DNA of 64,000 bases from Candidatus Poribacteria bacterium (GTDB lineage: Bacteria; Poribacteria; WGA-4E; WGA-3G). The notes beneath the pieces were generated by a model. It was not told the origin of the DNA. It saw only the letters and a list, made by a program, of their open reading frames with translations, and made no database searches. Numbering within the stretch: position 1 is the first letter of the stretch; the number at the start of each line of letters is the position of its first letter. Below are positions 42,829 to 53,439 of the stretch, one piece after another. The position numbers were made by a program, and so were the translations under genes. The stretch covers positions 4,448,001 through 4,512,000 of the forward strand of contig OZ240248.1 in assembly GCA_965198235.1 (NCBI GenBank). The letters run 5' to 3'.

Positions 42829-45800
42829 ATGAACATTCTTCATGAATTAAATGAAAGACAGAGAGAAGCCGTAACACATAAAAATGGTCCACTCCTCGTT
42901 ATTGCAGGTCCCGGTACAGGGAAAACAAGAGTCATCACACATCGCATCGCGTATCTGATTCGCGAACACGGCATCAAGGCGGAGAAGATCCTTGCGATCA
43001 CGTTTACCAATAAAGCTGCGCAAGAGATGCAGGAACGCGTCAACAGCGAGATCGGCGAACCGCACGGTTCCAACATTAAAGTCAGCACCTTCCACGCGTT
43101 TTGCGTTCAAGTGCTCCGAAAGCACGCTCTGCGGATCGGATTAAGCGAAAACTTCACTATCTTCGATCAGGAACTCCAAGACGAGATTCTAACAGAGAGC
43201 GTTCGAGCGTTGAACCTCAACGCCGATGACTATCCGCCATGGTTGCTGCGTAATATTCTGAGCGATGCCAAATGTAAATCACAGGATCCCGTCGACGCAG
43301 TGGATGCCACGGATATTTATGACCCAGAAACTGCCGAAAACATCCGAAGTGTCCTACGAAATTACAAGGACAGACTCGCGGAATACGATGCGCTCGATTT
43401 CGACGACCTCCTTGTGAAGACCGTCGAGTTGTTTGAACAGGTGGAAGACGTACAAAAAGACTACCACAAAGCATTCACTCACATCCTCGTTGACGAATTC
43501 CACGATGTGAACAGCGTGCAGTATCACTTACTCCAACTGCTCTGTGCGCCACCCGAACACAACCTCATGGTCGTCGCTGACGAAGATCAGGCTATCTACA
43601 GTTGGCGCGGCTCGAATCCAGCGTATATTGATGGTTTCAAAGCCGATTACAGTCCGAGAGAACTTGCTTTGGACGACCACTATCGGTGTAGCGAGAAGAT
43701 TTTGCGCGCCGCAGAGGAAGTCATCTCCAGAAACACGGAACGGCAGAAACAGCACACCCTCAGAACCCATAAAGACGCGGGACGCGACATCTTTCACTAT
43801 ACCTTTGACACACCTATAGCGGAAGCACGCGGCATTATTAATGTCATTCAGAACTTAGTAACGAAACGCAACTATTCCTACCGCGATATTGCCATTTTTT
43901 ACCGTACACACAGACTCGCTGACGTTTTGGAAGAACAACTGCTACGGGAACATATCCAATTCCAGCGAATCCAACCGATTCACTCCTTTGCGGAAGGGAA
44001 TAGTAAGGGTATCCTGGCGTATCTCCGTTTCATCCAGTGGCAGCTCCCGCAAGACCTGGAACACGCAATCAATTTTCCTGAAACTTGCATCGACGACCTA
44101 ACATGGGTGCGCCTGAAGTGGCTCGCACAACGTAAAGATATAGCATTTGTGGAACTTTTGAAAAATATCGAAGCATATCCAGAGGATGTCGGTCCCTTAA
44201 CACGCCGCAATGTTCGTCAATTCTGGAAACAACTTGAGAGTTTATCGACTGAAATTGAAGGCGAGAGGGTCGATAAAATTATCCCGAAACTCTTCGATAC
44301 TCTGGAACGCTCTCGGACTCCCTATCGCGCTGAAGAACTGGAAATCATCGAAAAACAACCTGAGATGCCGAATTTGGTAACAGCACAAGACGTTCTCTAC
44401 AGCGCGCTGAATCTCGGTGAGCCGGTCCAGATTACCGCCAGCCACGGGATTGACGAGTACTGTGCGGCGCATATTATCTACCAGACGCTTGAAACCTACC
44501 TAAATCACACTGCAGAACTCCAATTGTTGCCGCCTGAGGGAAACAGACTTAAATCGAACGAAAACGGGGTCCATCTGCTTATCGGCAATTTTGAGGAAAT
44601 CGGAGAAAGTGCGCGGGATGCCCGGACAATCCTCATCGGCACAGCGGACGTAGCAAATACGGACGTGCTTCGCCTGGAAGCAGAAGGGGTTCATAGCATC
44701 ACGGCACTCAAACTCTGCCAACGGCTTGTCAATCGTTTTGAAACTCCAAACATGGCAGACATGGTCGTCTACGATTTGGAAACCACCGGGCTCAATCCGA
44801 AAACGGCAGAAATCGTTGAGATCGCGGCGCACCGTCTCAGCGCAATCGGAGATAAAGTTGAGCGGTATTATCGCTTAGTCAGGCCCCCAGGGGGACACAT
44901 CCCAGAGTCAGCCACGCGCATTCATGGAATTGATGCAGAAACAGTCAAACCCGCACCGGGAATCGAAATGGTGTTGCCTGAATTCCTTGGGTTTATCCAA
45001 GACCGGATTCTGATTGGACACAATGTAGCGGAGTATGACAATCCAATCCTTGCCCGAGACCTTAGAAGGTATTTGAAAAGGGATTTATCGGTGCCCCATT
45101 ACGATACACTCGCCACGGCGCGCAGGCTCTTCCCACGACAACGGTGTAGTATGAGTGCGCTTGCCGAAAAATTTGAGATTGAACACGGTCGTCTACACAG
45201 TGCCATAGAGGACGTCAGAGTCAATCGAGAGATCTTTAAAGAACTCATCAAAATCGATTCTCACAAACGTGAGGCGAAATCGCTCCCTGAATTGCTACCG
45301 TTTGTTGGGCTCGGCATCCTTGCGAAAACCGAAGGGGTCGCTCCTCCAGAGGAAGCCTTAACCGAGACGGATACGTTCTTAAATGTCGCGAAACGTTTCG
45401 TCCAGACACACAACGTCGGACCGCTGGAGAATCTACCACTTGATCCCACAGAAGCGGCACAGGCGAGAGAACATATTGAAACGTTACAGGATGCGACCGT
45501 CCGTGAGTTCCCAGAAGATGCTGACTGGCGACAACGCCGGATTCAGTTCATGAACGCGGTACTCCACTTTGAATCAATCAGTGATGCACATGGACTTATC
45601 GACTTCTTGGATTATCAGAAACTGCTCACCAATATTGACGAACTCGACGATAAGACTGAGCAACTGACGTTAATGACGTTACACGCAGCGAAAGGGACAG
45701 AATTTCCGGTCATTATCATCATCGGTATGGAGGAGGGAAGTTTCCCGATGTGGAGGCAGAACATCACAGAAGCAGAACTTGAAGAGGAGCGCCGTCTTTT

Positions 45801-45948
45801 CTATGTGGGTATGACACGAGCACAAGCGCAGCTTTATCTGAGTTCGGTCGTATATCGTTTTGGAGACAGGGATCGTGCGGTGTCCATGTTTGTCCGGGAG
45901 GTCCCATCTAATTACGTTGTCAGATGGAGTTCACAGCATAGGACCTAG
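42829..45948 (+). CDS. UvrD/PcrA-like SF1 helicase with inserted degenerate DHH and DEDDh exonuclease domains
   Basis: AGPGTGKT, TFTNKAA, VDEFHD, QAIYSWRG, TLHAAKGTEF, EERRLFYVGMTRA; YDLETTG, GHNVAEYD, HSAIED. Confidence 0.9.
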   Translation: MNILHELNERQREAVTHKNGPLLVIAGPGTGKTRVITHRIAYLIREHGIKAEKILAITFTNKAAQEMQERVNSEIGEPHGSNIKVSTFHAFCVQVLRKHALRIGLSENFTIFDQELQDEILTESVRALNLNADDYPPWLLRNILSDAKCKSQDPVDAVDATDIYDPETAENIRSVLRNYKDRLAEYDALDFDDLLVKTVELFEQVEDVQKDYHKAFTHILVDEFHDVNSVQYHLLQLLCAPPEHNLMVVADEDQAIYSWRGSNPAYIDGFKADYSPRELALDDHYRCSEKILRAAEEVISRNTERQKQHTLRTHKDAGRDIFHYTFDTPIAEARGIINVIQNLVTKRNYSYRDIAIFYRTHRLADVLEEQLLREHIQFQRIQPIHSFAEGNSKGILAYLRFIQWQLPQDLEHAINFPETCIDDLTWVRLKWLAQRKDIAFVELLKNIEAYPEDVGPLTRRNVRQFWKQLESLSTEIEGERVDKIIPKLFDTLERSRTPYRAEELEIIEKQPEMPNLVTAQDVLYSALNLGEPVQITASHGIDEYCAAHIIYQTLETYLNHTAELQLLPPEGNRLKSNENGVHLLIGNFEEIGESARDARTILIGTADVANTDVLRLEAEGVHSITALKLCQRLVNRFETPNMADMVVYDLETTGLNPKTAEIVEIAAHRLSAIGDKVERYYRLVRPPGGHIPESATRIHGIDAETVKPAPGIEMVLPEFLGFIQDRILIGHNVAEYDNPILARDLRRYLKRDLSVPHYDTLATARRLFPRQRCSMSALAEKFEIEHGRLHSAIEDVRVNREIFKELIKIDSHKREAKSLPELLPFVGLGILAKTEGVAPPEEALTETDTFLNVAKRFVQTHNVGPLENLPLDPTEAAQAREHIETLQDATVREFPEDADWRQRRIQFMNAVLHFESISDAHGLIDFLDYQKLLTNIDELDDKTEQLTLMTLHAAKGTEFPVIIIIGMEEGSFPMWRQNITEAELEEERRLFYVGMTRAQAQLYLSSVVYRFGDRDRAVSMFVREVPSNYVVRWSSQHRT

Positions 45949-45998
45949 GGCACAGTTTGTAAACAAGAAGGGTTTGAAATTTGTCCCTACGCTTGCGA

Positions 45999-46199
45999 CT
46001 AGGTATTTGGAAGAGTTGAGGTATCAGATTTTTTCTGCTTCTTTTTGCGATAAGGTGAAAAATCAGCGTATTTCACACCTTGCTTTATACGCTTCTCTTG
46101 TCGTTTCATCATAAATTCCATATAGGTCTCTAGGTCGCCGAACAGCGCGACGAGACGTTCTTTCGCTTCTAGGATGTCTTTCGCGGGGTCGTCACACAT
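45999..46199 (-). CDS. Small partner of PIN protein (putative antitoxin)
   Basis: Start overlaps the PIN gene stop; 66 aa. Confidence 0.6.
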   Translation of the reverse strand: MCDDPAKDILEAKERLVALFGDLETYMEFMMKRQEKRIKQGVKYADFSPYRKKKQKKSDTSTLPNT

Positions 46200-46690
46200 T
46201 AGATTGCCTCCAGTATCGCCTCTGGGGTATCAATACGGGGCGGCGAATACCCCACATGGCAACAAACCTGTTCAATTTTTGAGCGAGTATCTGCGTTTGC
46301 CAAGTGTGTGAAGTTCCACGTGGCTAAATAACGCGTATTGTGTGTGGCAGCAACAGCAACATGAACAGCATCAGTAAATGCATTTTCCGGAATTGCCTTT
46401 TGAACCACTAATTGCTCTGCAAACTCAAGTTCCAAATCCTGCACAATTACAAGGGTGAGACCCGTAACTGCTTGTAGTCTATCCGCTGCTTGACCCCTGT
46501 CACCGATTGATATTTCATTAATAACATAATCTGACAAGACAAACTCAAAACGGGGGTCTTGCCAAAATTCACGCGTGATTCTCTGCCATTCTGCTATTTT
46601 CGGGTCACGGCTCAAGGGAGCAACCAGATAACTCGGTATCATTGCGTCAATGTAAACTCGGTGTCCCTCTCCTTGAGAATTAGTCATCAT
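46199..46690 (-). CDS. PIN-domain (VapC-like) protein
   Basis: VYIDAMIPSYL, DAVHVAVA, LATWNFTHLAN. Confidence 0.85.
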   Translation of the reverse strand: MMTNSQGEGHRVYIDAMIPSYLVAPLSRDPKIAEWQRITREFWQDPRFEFVLSDYVINEISIGDRGQAADRLQAVTGLTLVIVQDLELEFAEQLVVQKAIPENAFTDAVHVAVAATHNTRYLATWNFTHLANADTRSKIEQVCCHVGYSPPRIDTPEAILEAI

Positions 46691-46694
46691 ATTT

Positions 46695-46832
46695 ATGAAG
46701 ATTAAGAATTTAATTCGGTAATCTCCTAACGATGTCCGGTGCGGTGTTTTTGATAGGGTGTTTCCCCAAGGAAACCGCCCCTACCGGGCCTGGGAAAATA
46801 TAGAATTACCGAAATATTTATTGAAACTTCAT
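46695..46832 (+). mobile_element. MITE-like element copy 3 (REP plus 20-mer cargo)
   Basis: atgaagattaagaatttaattcggtaat...gaattaccgaaatatttattgaaacttcat. Confidence 0.75.
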
Positions 46833-46875
46833 TTATATGATAACACAAGCTGTCTTGAAACGCAAGAATTTTCCC

Positions 46876-47112
46876 TTACCTATCTGGGCGGATTTTATTC
46901 CAATCCCATAGCAAAATCGTGCCGTCAGCACTCCAACTGGCGAGATTTCTACGATCGGGTGCGAACGCTGTGTCGCTTATTGCCCCTTTATTGATACCAA
47001 ATCTGGCTTTGGCACCAAAAGGTAATTGCTGCTGGGCACCGACATTTTGACGGATCCCGATAATCAGCAGCAATAGGCAGATGAATGCGATAAAAACTTT
47101 ACAGCCTGTCAT
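46876..47112 (-). pseudogene. Internally deleted secreted WD40 protein
   Basis: Signal peptide and LPFGAKARFG joined directly to the terminal LASWSADGTILLWD. Confidence 0.6.
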
Positions 47113-47355
47113 GTTTTCTCTTCTTTGCTTTAGGGAACTTGATGAACAATGGGTCTTCGCATTTTAAATAATAGCACCATGGGTCGCACAACGCAAGACC
47201 TTTCCGGGAGTGCAATGGCGAGGTTAGAAACTTCACCTACCGTGGATAGAGAAAAATTGAATGACCCTATGTCTCCGAAAAAGATTGCTTGATAAAAAAA
47301 GGTTAGACATGGCATACTAAAAACATAGAAAAATAAAACATCTTTAACTCAAAAA

Positions 47356-48324
47356 ATGCGAATTGATTGTCAGAGCCACATATTTCCAAACGCCTATACC
47401 GAAATCCTCGCGCAGAACCCACATCCTCCGCAAGTTGTCCGCTGCGGGAGCGAGGCTGTCGTTACGTACGGCGATGTCCAAACATTTCGCCTTCAAGACG
47501 AAGCCTACGACCCGGAGCGAAAACTCAAGGATATGGACGAAGCGGCGGTCGATATGGCACTGCTCAGTACCAATATACCCCCGCCATGCATGCTCGCACC
47601 TGAATTAGGGAATAAGGGTGCACAAGCGATCAACGATGCCATTGCCGAGCTCGTGGACGCATATCCACATCGATTCGCAGGATTGGCATGCCTACCGTGG
47701 CAAAATCCAGATGAAGCCATCACAGAAATGGATCGGGTGAAGGGACTCGGGTTCCGAGGGATAATGCTCTATTCCCATATCGGAGGAAAACCGGTCGACG
47801 CACCGCACTTTGAACCGGTTTATGCCCATGCCGAAACACTAAGTATGCCGATTGTGATGCATCCCACCGTCCCGACGTGGGGAGAGGCAATCAAAGACCA
47901 CTGGATGATCGGTATGATGGGGTTACAAGTGGATAACAGTTTCGCACTGTTGCGACTGATTCTGAGCGGGATTCTCGAACGGCATCCACACCTCCAAATC
48001 GTGATGCCGCACGTCGGGGGTATTTTACCCTATATGAGCGGCAGGATCGATCATCAGACGGAAGTATTAGGGAGAGCCAGAGAGAACATAACACAACCGC
48101 CGAGCGCGTATCTGCGACGTATCTATTTGGACACTGTCTCGCCATCAGTGCAGGCACTACAGTACGCCTACGAGTATTCTGGCGCGGACCGCTTGTTATT
48201 CGGGACAGACCATCCGTGGGTGGATATGCCACGATTCGTCCGTTTAATTGAAGAGATGCCGATCCCTGAAGCAGATAAAGCACGAATCTTTAGTGAAAAC
48301 GCCATAAAATTGTTCAATTTATAG
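47356..48324 (+). CDS. Amidohydrolase_2 (ACMSD-like) protein
   Basis: IDCQSH, MHP, HVGG, LFGTDHP. Confidence 0.9.
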   Translation: MRIDCQSHIFPNAYTEILAQNPHPPQVVRCGSEAVVTYGDVQTFRLQDEAYDPERKLKDMDEAAVDMALLSTNIPPPCMLAPELGNKGAQAINDAIAELVDAYPHRFAGLACLPWQNPDEAITEMDRVKGLGFRGIMLYSHIGGKPVDAPHFEPVYAHAETLSMPIVMHPTVPTWGEAIKDHWMIGMMGLQVDNSFALLRLILSGILERHPHLQIVMPHVGGILPYMSGRIDHQTEVLGRARENITQPPSAYLRRIYLDTVSPSVQALQYAYEYSGADRLLFGTDHPWVDMPRFVRLIEEMPIPEADKARIFSENAIKLFNL

Positions 48325-48399
48325 TAAAATATGAGAGATTGAGAAACGAGATCCTTGAAAATGGATGAGGTAGATGCGAAAGAAAAGAGGGTTTATGAC

Positions 48400-49203
48400 A
48401 TGCCACACAAACTGACGAATGCTGAAAAGTTTTTCTTTGAAAACAATGGTTATCTCGTTTTGGATAATTTCCTTGCCCCCTCACACGTTGAAACGCTCAG
48501 AAGTGCCCTCGCCGAATCTATTGAAAAGCGACGGGAACGTGAGGAAAAGGGGTTGCCCCAAACCGGAATGACGCACATCCACGGCGAGAAAAGTGCCCGT
48601 ATCTTCTATATCCTCGGGGACCATCCGGCGTTCTTGGAACTCTTGGATTGGCAACCAATCCTTCCGTATGTCATGGGGTTGCTCAACAAAATGCCGCACC
48701 ATCACGCTTCGGACGCTATTGTCGAGCGCGCTTCGGATTTAATGGAACGTTCAATGGGTTGGCACATTGATGGACACGATGAAGGCTATCGTAACCTACG
48801 TCCGATTCCATTTTTGCAACTCAAAATCGGCTATTATCTGACGGATATGACAGAAGGCGGACAGGGCAATTTATGGCTCATACCGGGTAGCCACACGGCA
48901 ACGTATGATCCGAACCACGAAGACCTGCGGTACCCTTATGAATATCCCGGTGCCTTGGAGGTCTGCGCTCCGCCAGGGAGTGCGATTCTGTTCCACAACG
49001 CGGTCTGGCATTCATCTGGTATCTTTACCAAACCGGAAGGTTGCCGTGAAATGCTCTATTACGCCTATGAGCATCCGTGGATGATTGCCTCGCAGGAACA
49101 TTGGGGATATCCCAAAGACTTTTACAACAAGGAACTTTCACCGGAACAGCGGAAATTCTTCCACGGATTTGTTTTCGATCCACCAGAACAGCGATGGGGA
49201 TAG
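48400..49203 (+). CDS. PhyH-family dioxygenase
   Basis: ENNGYL, WHID, LIPGSH, VWH. Confidence 0.88.
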   Translation: MPHKLTNAEKFFFENNGYLVLDNFLAPSHVETLRSALAESIEKRREREEKGLPQTGMTHIHGEKSARIFYILGDHPAFLELLDWQPILPYVMGLLNKMPHHHASDAIVERASDLMERSMGWHIDGHDEGYRNLRPIPFLQLKIGYYLTDMTEGGQGNLWLIPGSHTATYDPNHEDLRYPYEYPGALEVCAPPGSAILFHNAVWHSSGIFTKPEGCREMLYYAYEHPWMIASQEHWGYPKDFYNKELSPEQRKFFHGFVFDPPEQRWG

Positions 49204-49301
49204 TGCAGGGAAACCTGCAAGCCACGCCCTACAACACAACTCGGAGGTCACGCGATCACTATCATCGTGATGGCGTGCCTCCGTGCAAGGAGGACGCAAT
49301 T

Positions 49302-50180
49302 ATGCGTTTAACCGAATCTCAAGTTTCCTTCTTTCACGACAACGGATATCTACTGCTTGAAGACGCGCTTGATGAGAACGATCTGGGTCCTGTCATTGAC
49401 GAATATAAGGGAATTATCGCGGAACGTGCAGAGAAATTGCACGCGGAAGGAAAAGTAACGGATACGCACGCCGATAAGTCCTTCACGGAACGGTTGCTCC
49501 ACCTCTCGAAGGAGGCACCGGAGATAACAGCGAACTTAGACATTATGCAGGCACGCGGCGAAGCGACGTTCAACTTCCTCAAGAACCCGAAAATCCTCGA
49601 CATCACGGAGTCTTTTGTTGGTTCCGAAATCATCTGCAATCCGATTCAACATATCCGTGCCGTCCTGCCAAAACGGAGTTCACAGCGCGAACCGACACCT
49701 TGGCACCAGGACGCAGGGGTGTGCTGGCCCGACACCGATCCTTATTTTATGCTAACTGTTTGGGTTCCCATTGTAGATGCGACGCTGGAAAACGGATGCC
49801 TACAAGTAATGCCGGGTAGCCATAAGATGGGACTCTACACACACGACTGGTCATCGGCTGGATTGGCGGTCCCGCCGGAACATCAACCCGATAATCTTAC
49901 ACCGAAACCGTTGCCGATCCGGGCTGGCGGCGTTATTCTGTTTCACAACTACACGCTCCATAGTGCGAAACCGAATGAATCGCAGAGCATCCGATGGAGC
50001 TTCGATCTGCGGTATCACGATGTCTATCAACCGACAGGGAGACCCTTTTATCCTGGATTCCTCATGCGGAGTCGTCTGCGACCGGAAGCCGGTAACACTA
50101 AATATGAAACGTGGTGTCGACGGTGGGAATTTGCGTTAGAGAATTCTAAAGGTGCGCAAGCCTACCGATGGCCCCGGTAG
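49302..50180 (+). CDS. PhyH-family dioxygenase
   Basis: WHQD, ENGCLQVMPGSH, LH...N.S..IRWSFDLRY; AAGGAGG RBS. Confidence 0.9.
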   Translation: MRLTESQVSFFHDNGYLLLEDALDENDLGPVIDEYKGIIAERAEKLHAEGKVTDTHADKSFTERLLHLSKEAPEITANLDIMQARGEATFNFLKNPKILDITESFVGSEIICNPIQHIRAVLPKRSSQREPTPWHQDAGVCWPDTDPYFMLTVWVPIVDATLENGCLQVMPGSHKMGLYTHDWSSAGLAVPPEHQPDNLTPKPLPIRAGGVILFHNYTLHSAKPNESQSIRWSFDLRYHDVYQPTGRPFYPGFLMRSRLRPEAGNTKYETWCRRWEFALENSKGAQAYRWPR

Positions 50181-50194
50181 TGAAAGGGGAAAAT

Positions 50195-50611
50195 GTGCTT
50201 GAGATCTCAAATCTACCGACGGTCAATGCGACGTTGAATACAATAAGTGGTATCCTGTTGACGATCGGGTATGTGCAAATCCGACAACGGAAAATCACGG
50301 CACATAAAAACTGTATGCTCGCGGCTTTTGGTGTGTCCGTGCTTTTTCTGGTTTGCTATGTTATCTACCATTATCACGCCGGGTCGAAGCCGTTTACAAA
50401 GCAGGGGTGGATTCGTCCGGTCTACTTCACTATCCTGATTTCGCACATTATTTTGGCGTTCGTTATAGTGCCGTTGGCGTTGCGTACCCTCTATTTGGCG
50501 TGGCGTGAGCGGTTTGAGAAGCACCGTCGTATCGCAAAGATTACCTTCCCGATCTGGTTATACGTCTCGGTAACAGGCGTGATTATCTATCTAATGCTGT
50601 ATCAGTTATAG
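50195..50611 (+). CDS. DUF420 membrane protein
   Basis: LPTVNATLN, HKNCM, ILISH, IWLYVSVTG. Confidence 0.9.
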   Translation: MLEISNLPTVNATLNTISGILLTIGYVQIRQRKITAHKNCMLAAFGVSVLFLVCYVIYHYHAGSKPFTKQGWIRPVYFTILISHIILAFVIVPLALRTLYLAWRERFEKHRRIAKITFPIWLYVSVTGVIIYLMLYQL

Positions 50612-50647
50612 GGTGGAACATGATTTGCCCTATTTGTTTTTCTTTTT

Positions 50648-51544
50648 CTACGAATCAAAAGGACGGAACCCGCGCAACATCAAACCTCGATCACTATTAG
50701 ATTTCTTCGCTTCCTCGGCTGCGGTGGCGCGTTTCTCTGACTCTGCCCGATTCGCTGTCGTTGTCCCGCCGATAATCACATAGTCATCTGTTCGGCGGTA
50801 GCGGTTGATGAAAATCGGACGCGGTTTGTCCGACATATTCTGTTTGGACCCGTGAATCGTTTTGACGTTAAAGAAGATTGAATCACCAGCTTCACCAGAA
50901 ATAGGGAGAGCACTCTCCCAGGGCCACTCGTCCTCCTCCAAACCGAGATGTGAGAACGTATCAATATGCTTGAGTTGTCCAAGTTTGTGTGAACCCGGCA
51001 CGACGTGTAACGCTCCATTTACCAAGTCCGTATCCACAACATAACTCAGAATGCCGACGGGTCCCTGATAGCGGTGTTCAAAGTAGGCAGAATCCTGATG
51101 TAGATGCTTCGGATGTCCACCGACCGGTTCCTTATACAGGCACTGTCCGCTACCAAAGATCTCCACATTCGGTCCCAAGATCGCCTCCACGATATTGGCT
51201 GTGGTTTCATCGAAAGCGGATTGGAAAAATGCTCCACTCGTCTGATAATTCACCGCCAACACCATAATCTGTTTGTCGCGTTCGTAGCCTGACGGTGCGG
51301 GGATGAACAGCGTGCCGTTCGGCGTACGCCATCCTTCAACGATCTGTTCTGCCTCGTCCAGTAGCGATAGGGATTCTGCAGCGGCAGCCTCAATGTCCTC
51401 ATGGATCGCCTTAATATAAGGTGCCATCAGCCCGCGGACGACGAGACAGCCGTGTTCCTCAAAGATGTCTGTGGCTTTTTGGGCATCTAACGCATCCATG
51501 GACATCTCAATATCTTCAACTGTTACCTTAGGTTCTTGGTTCAC
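50648..51544 (-). CDS. PhyH-family dioxygenase
   Basis: LHQD, NGALHVVPGSH, IHGS..N. Confidence 0.9.
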   Translation of the reverse strand: MNQEPKVTVEDIEMSMDALDAQKATDIFEEHGCLVVRGLMAPYIKAIHEDIEAAAAESLSLLDEAEQIVEGWRTPNGTLFIPAPSGYERDKQIMVLAVNYQTSGAFFQSAFDETTANIVEAILGPNVEIFGSGQCLYKEPVGGHPKHLHQDSAYFEHRYQGPVGILSYVVDTDLVNGALHVVPGSHKLGQLKHIDTFSHLGLEEDEWPWESALPISGEAGDSIFFNVKTIHGSKQNMSDKPRPIFINRYRRTDDYVIIGGTTTANRAESEKRATAAEEAKKSNSDRGLMLRGFRPFDS

Positions 51545-51674
51545 GAAATATTCTCCTTCAATTTATATAAAATCTACAATGACTTGGACATTATGGGGGC
51601 GAAGATACAATCTTCGCCAGCAGTGGTATGGAACTTTGTTCATTGAACCCCTATTCACTTATGTTCGGATTTTC

Positions 51675-52121
51675 CTATATTTCTTCAGATGGATCAACAG
51701 CAATAATTCCTTCGGGCATGTAACGGGTAAAGTCTTGTGTGTTGAAAGTCAAGATGTGTTTTACGTCATGGACAAGCATCGCAGCAACTAACCGGGCATC
51801 GTGAACCTGAACACCTGACACACGATAATCCACGACGAGTTGTCTCCATACGAGATATACATCAGATGAATCCGATAGCAAAGAAAAAGACCGTTCTAAG
51901 TCTTGCAAGAGTTCATGTGTTTCATAAGGCGTGAGCTCAAAACCGTTTCGATCAGTGGGTCGAGTTGATACGTTCCAGAATTCCGCGAAATTTTGCGATG
52001 TAGTCCGGAGTTCATGGCCATTTTCCCGCAATTTATGAACAGCAGCTTGGACAATTGAATGACGTGGGTCAGCACGACGTGCAATCCGCAACAAGACATT
52101 GGTATCCGTCAGATAAATCAT
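51675..52121 (-). CDS. vapC: VapC PIN toxin
   Basis: YLTDTNVL, QNFAEFWNV, VHDARLVA, TFNTQDF. Confidence 0.88.
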   Translation of the reverse strand: MIYLTDTNVLLRIARRADPRHSIVQAAVHKLRENGHELRTTSQNFAEFWNVSTRPTDRNGFELTPYETHELLQDLERSFSLLSDSSDVYLVWRQLVVDYRVSGVQVHDARLVAAMLVHDVKHILTFNTQDFTRYMPEGIIAVDPSEEI

Positions 52122-52123
52122 GA

Positions 52124-52348
52124 CTATGGATGATCTTCGTATATCCCTTCGCGGCTCATAGCGTAATCGGATAATGATGGGCAATCGGGACCAGCAAATT
52201 CCTCAAATTTATCTGCTAACCGATCTAGTGCTGCTTTAAACTCTTCAGCAGACAACTGTGAATTATCACTCGCTAATGCATCCTTTGTGTCGTCAGGAAT
52301 CTCCAACAACAAACGTTTATTCGGGTAGATATGAATTGTAACTGTCAT
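52124..52348 (-). CDS. Cognate antitoxin
   Basis: C-terminal LSDYAMSREGIYEDHP; 2 bp upstream of vapC. Confidence 0.75.
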   Translation of the reverse strand: MTVTIHIYPNKRLLLEIPDDTKDALASDNSQLSAEEFKAALDRLADKFEEFAGPDCPSLSDYAMSREGIYEDHP

Positions 52349-52364
52349 CTATTGTGCCTCCTCT

Positions 52365-53126
52365 TCATGATGAATTCGTGTCTATTGCTGGCTTCTCATC
52401 CTGCTCTTTTCCACGAATCTCCTGTTCTCGCTTGCTGACAACAACATTTACTTCTTGTAAAATTTCTTGTTGAACTTCCTTTGGAAGTTGCTCTATCCGG
52501 CTCTCCAGAGAAGCGGTACTCTGACCAAGGCGATGCTCAGATAGTGGTTCCGTGAGGATTATTGGTTTTCGTGAGCCAGTGGTAATACGGTGTAAGTCCT
52601 CTTGAATCTTCTTAACAGTTTTGGATATCTCATAAAGTGGGGGACTGCCAATCTGTGAGAAACCTACACCTTCGGCAAAATCAAGGGGAAAAGTGCGTTC
52701 ATGCTTGCGGCGTGTGGAATCTTCATATGTAACAGTAATCCTAAGTCGCGTTTGTTTTAATTCATCAAACTTGCCTACTACACTCACCAAAAACTGTTCA
52801 ATCCTCCGTCCAGATTCAAAATAGCCAATTCCGCTGTTAAAAAAACCTATTTTCTCAAATGGTATGTCAAGATTAGGAACAGAAGGGGGATCTGTTGTGA
52901 ACTTCACATCATGAGCTGCTCCAGTCCCCACATTCTCTATGCATAGCATTACAAGATTAACAGATATTTCGTGGGGCTGGAGGGAAATTGCGATTTCAGG
53001 TGTATCAGCGGCTTTTAGTAGGCGCAGCGTTAGATAGGCGTAATACCCTGTGATACCTACGAGCACAACAGTAGCAACCCCTATTATCGCACCATTGTTT
53101 GCATTTAGCCAATTTATGATTTCCAT
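52365..53126 (-). CDS. Hypothetical protein with N-terminal TM anchor and beta-sandwich-like domain
   Basis: ATVVLVGITGYYAYLT TM segment; IENVGTGAAHDV. Confidence 0.75.
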   Translation of the reverse strand: MEIINWLNANNGAIIGVATVVLVGITGYYAYLTLRLLKAADTPEIAISLQPHEISVNLVMLCIENVGTGAAHDVKFTTDPPSVPNLDIPFEKIGFFNSGIGYFESGRRIEQFLVSVVGKFDELKQTRLRITVTYEDSTRRKHERTFPLDFAEGVGFSQIGSPPLYEISKTVKKIQEDLHRITTGSRKPIILTEPLSEHRLGQSTASLESRIEQLPKEVQQEILQEVNVVVSKREQEIRGKEQDEKPAIDTNSS

Positions 53127-53439
53127 GAACTACCCCTTTCGTCCCACTGGGACCACGAATAGACCAATCCCAATAAAATGATATTGTGGAACACCCGCAA
53201 ACTTCCCAAACCATGTGTCACCATAACCATTTTTAAAATGATAGCGCATTTGACAACAAAGGGAATGGAAGGAACGCGTTTCTATAAACATATCACCCCT
53301 ATGGGGAAACCAAAGGAGCGAAAATGCAATAAAATAACAGCTTATGGCAAGATGATGGGGAAAATCCGGTGCGGTTAGGAAACCGCATCTACTGGGTTCT
53401 GGTGCTTTGGTTACGGCACACGGAGTGTGCCTACTACTT

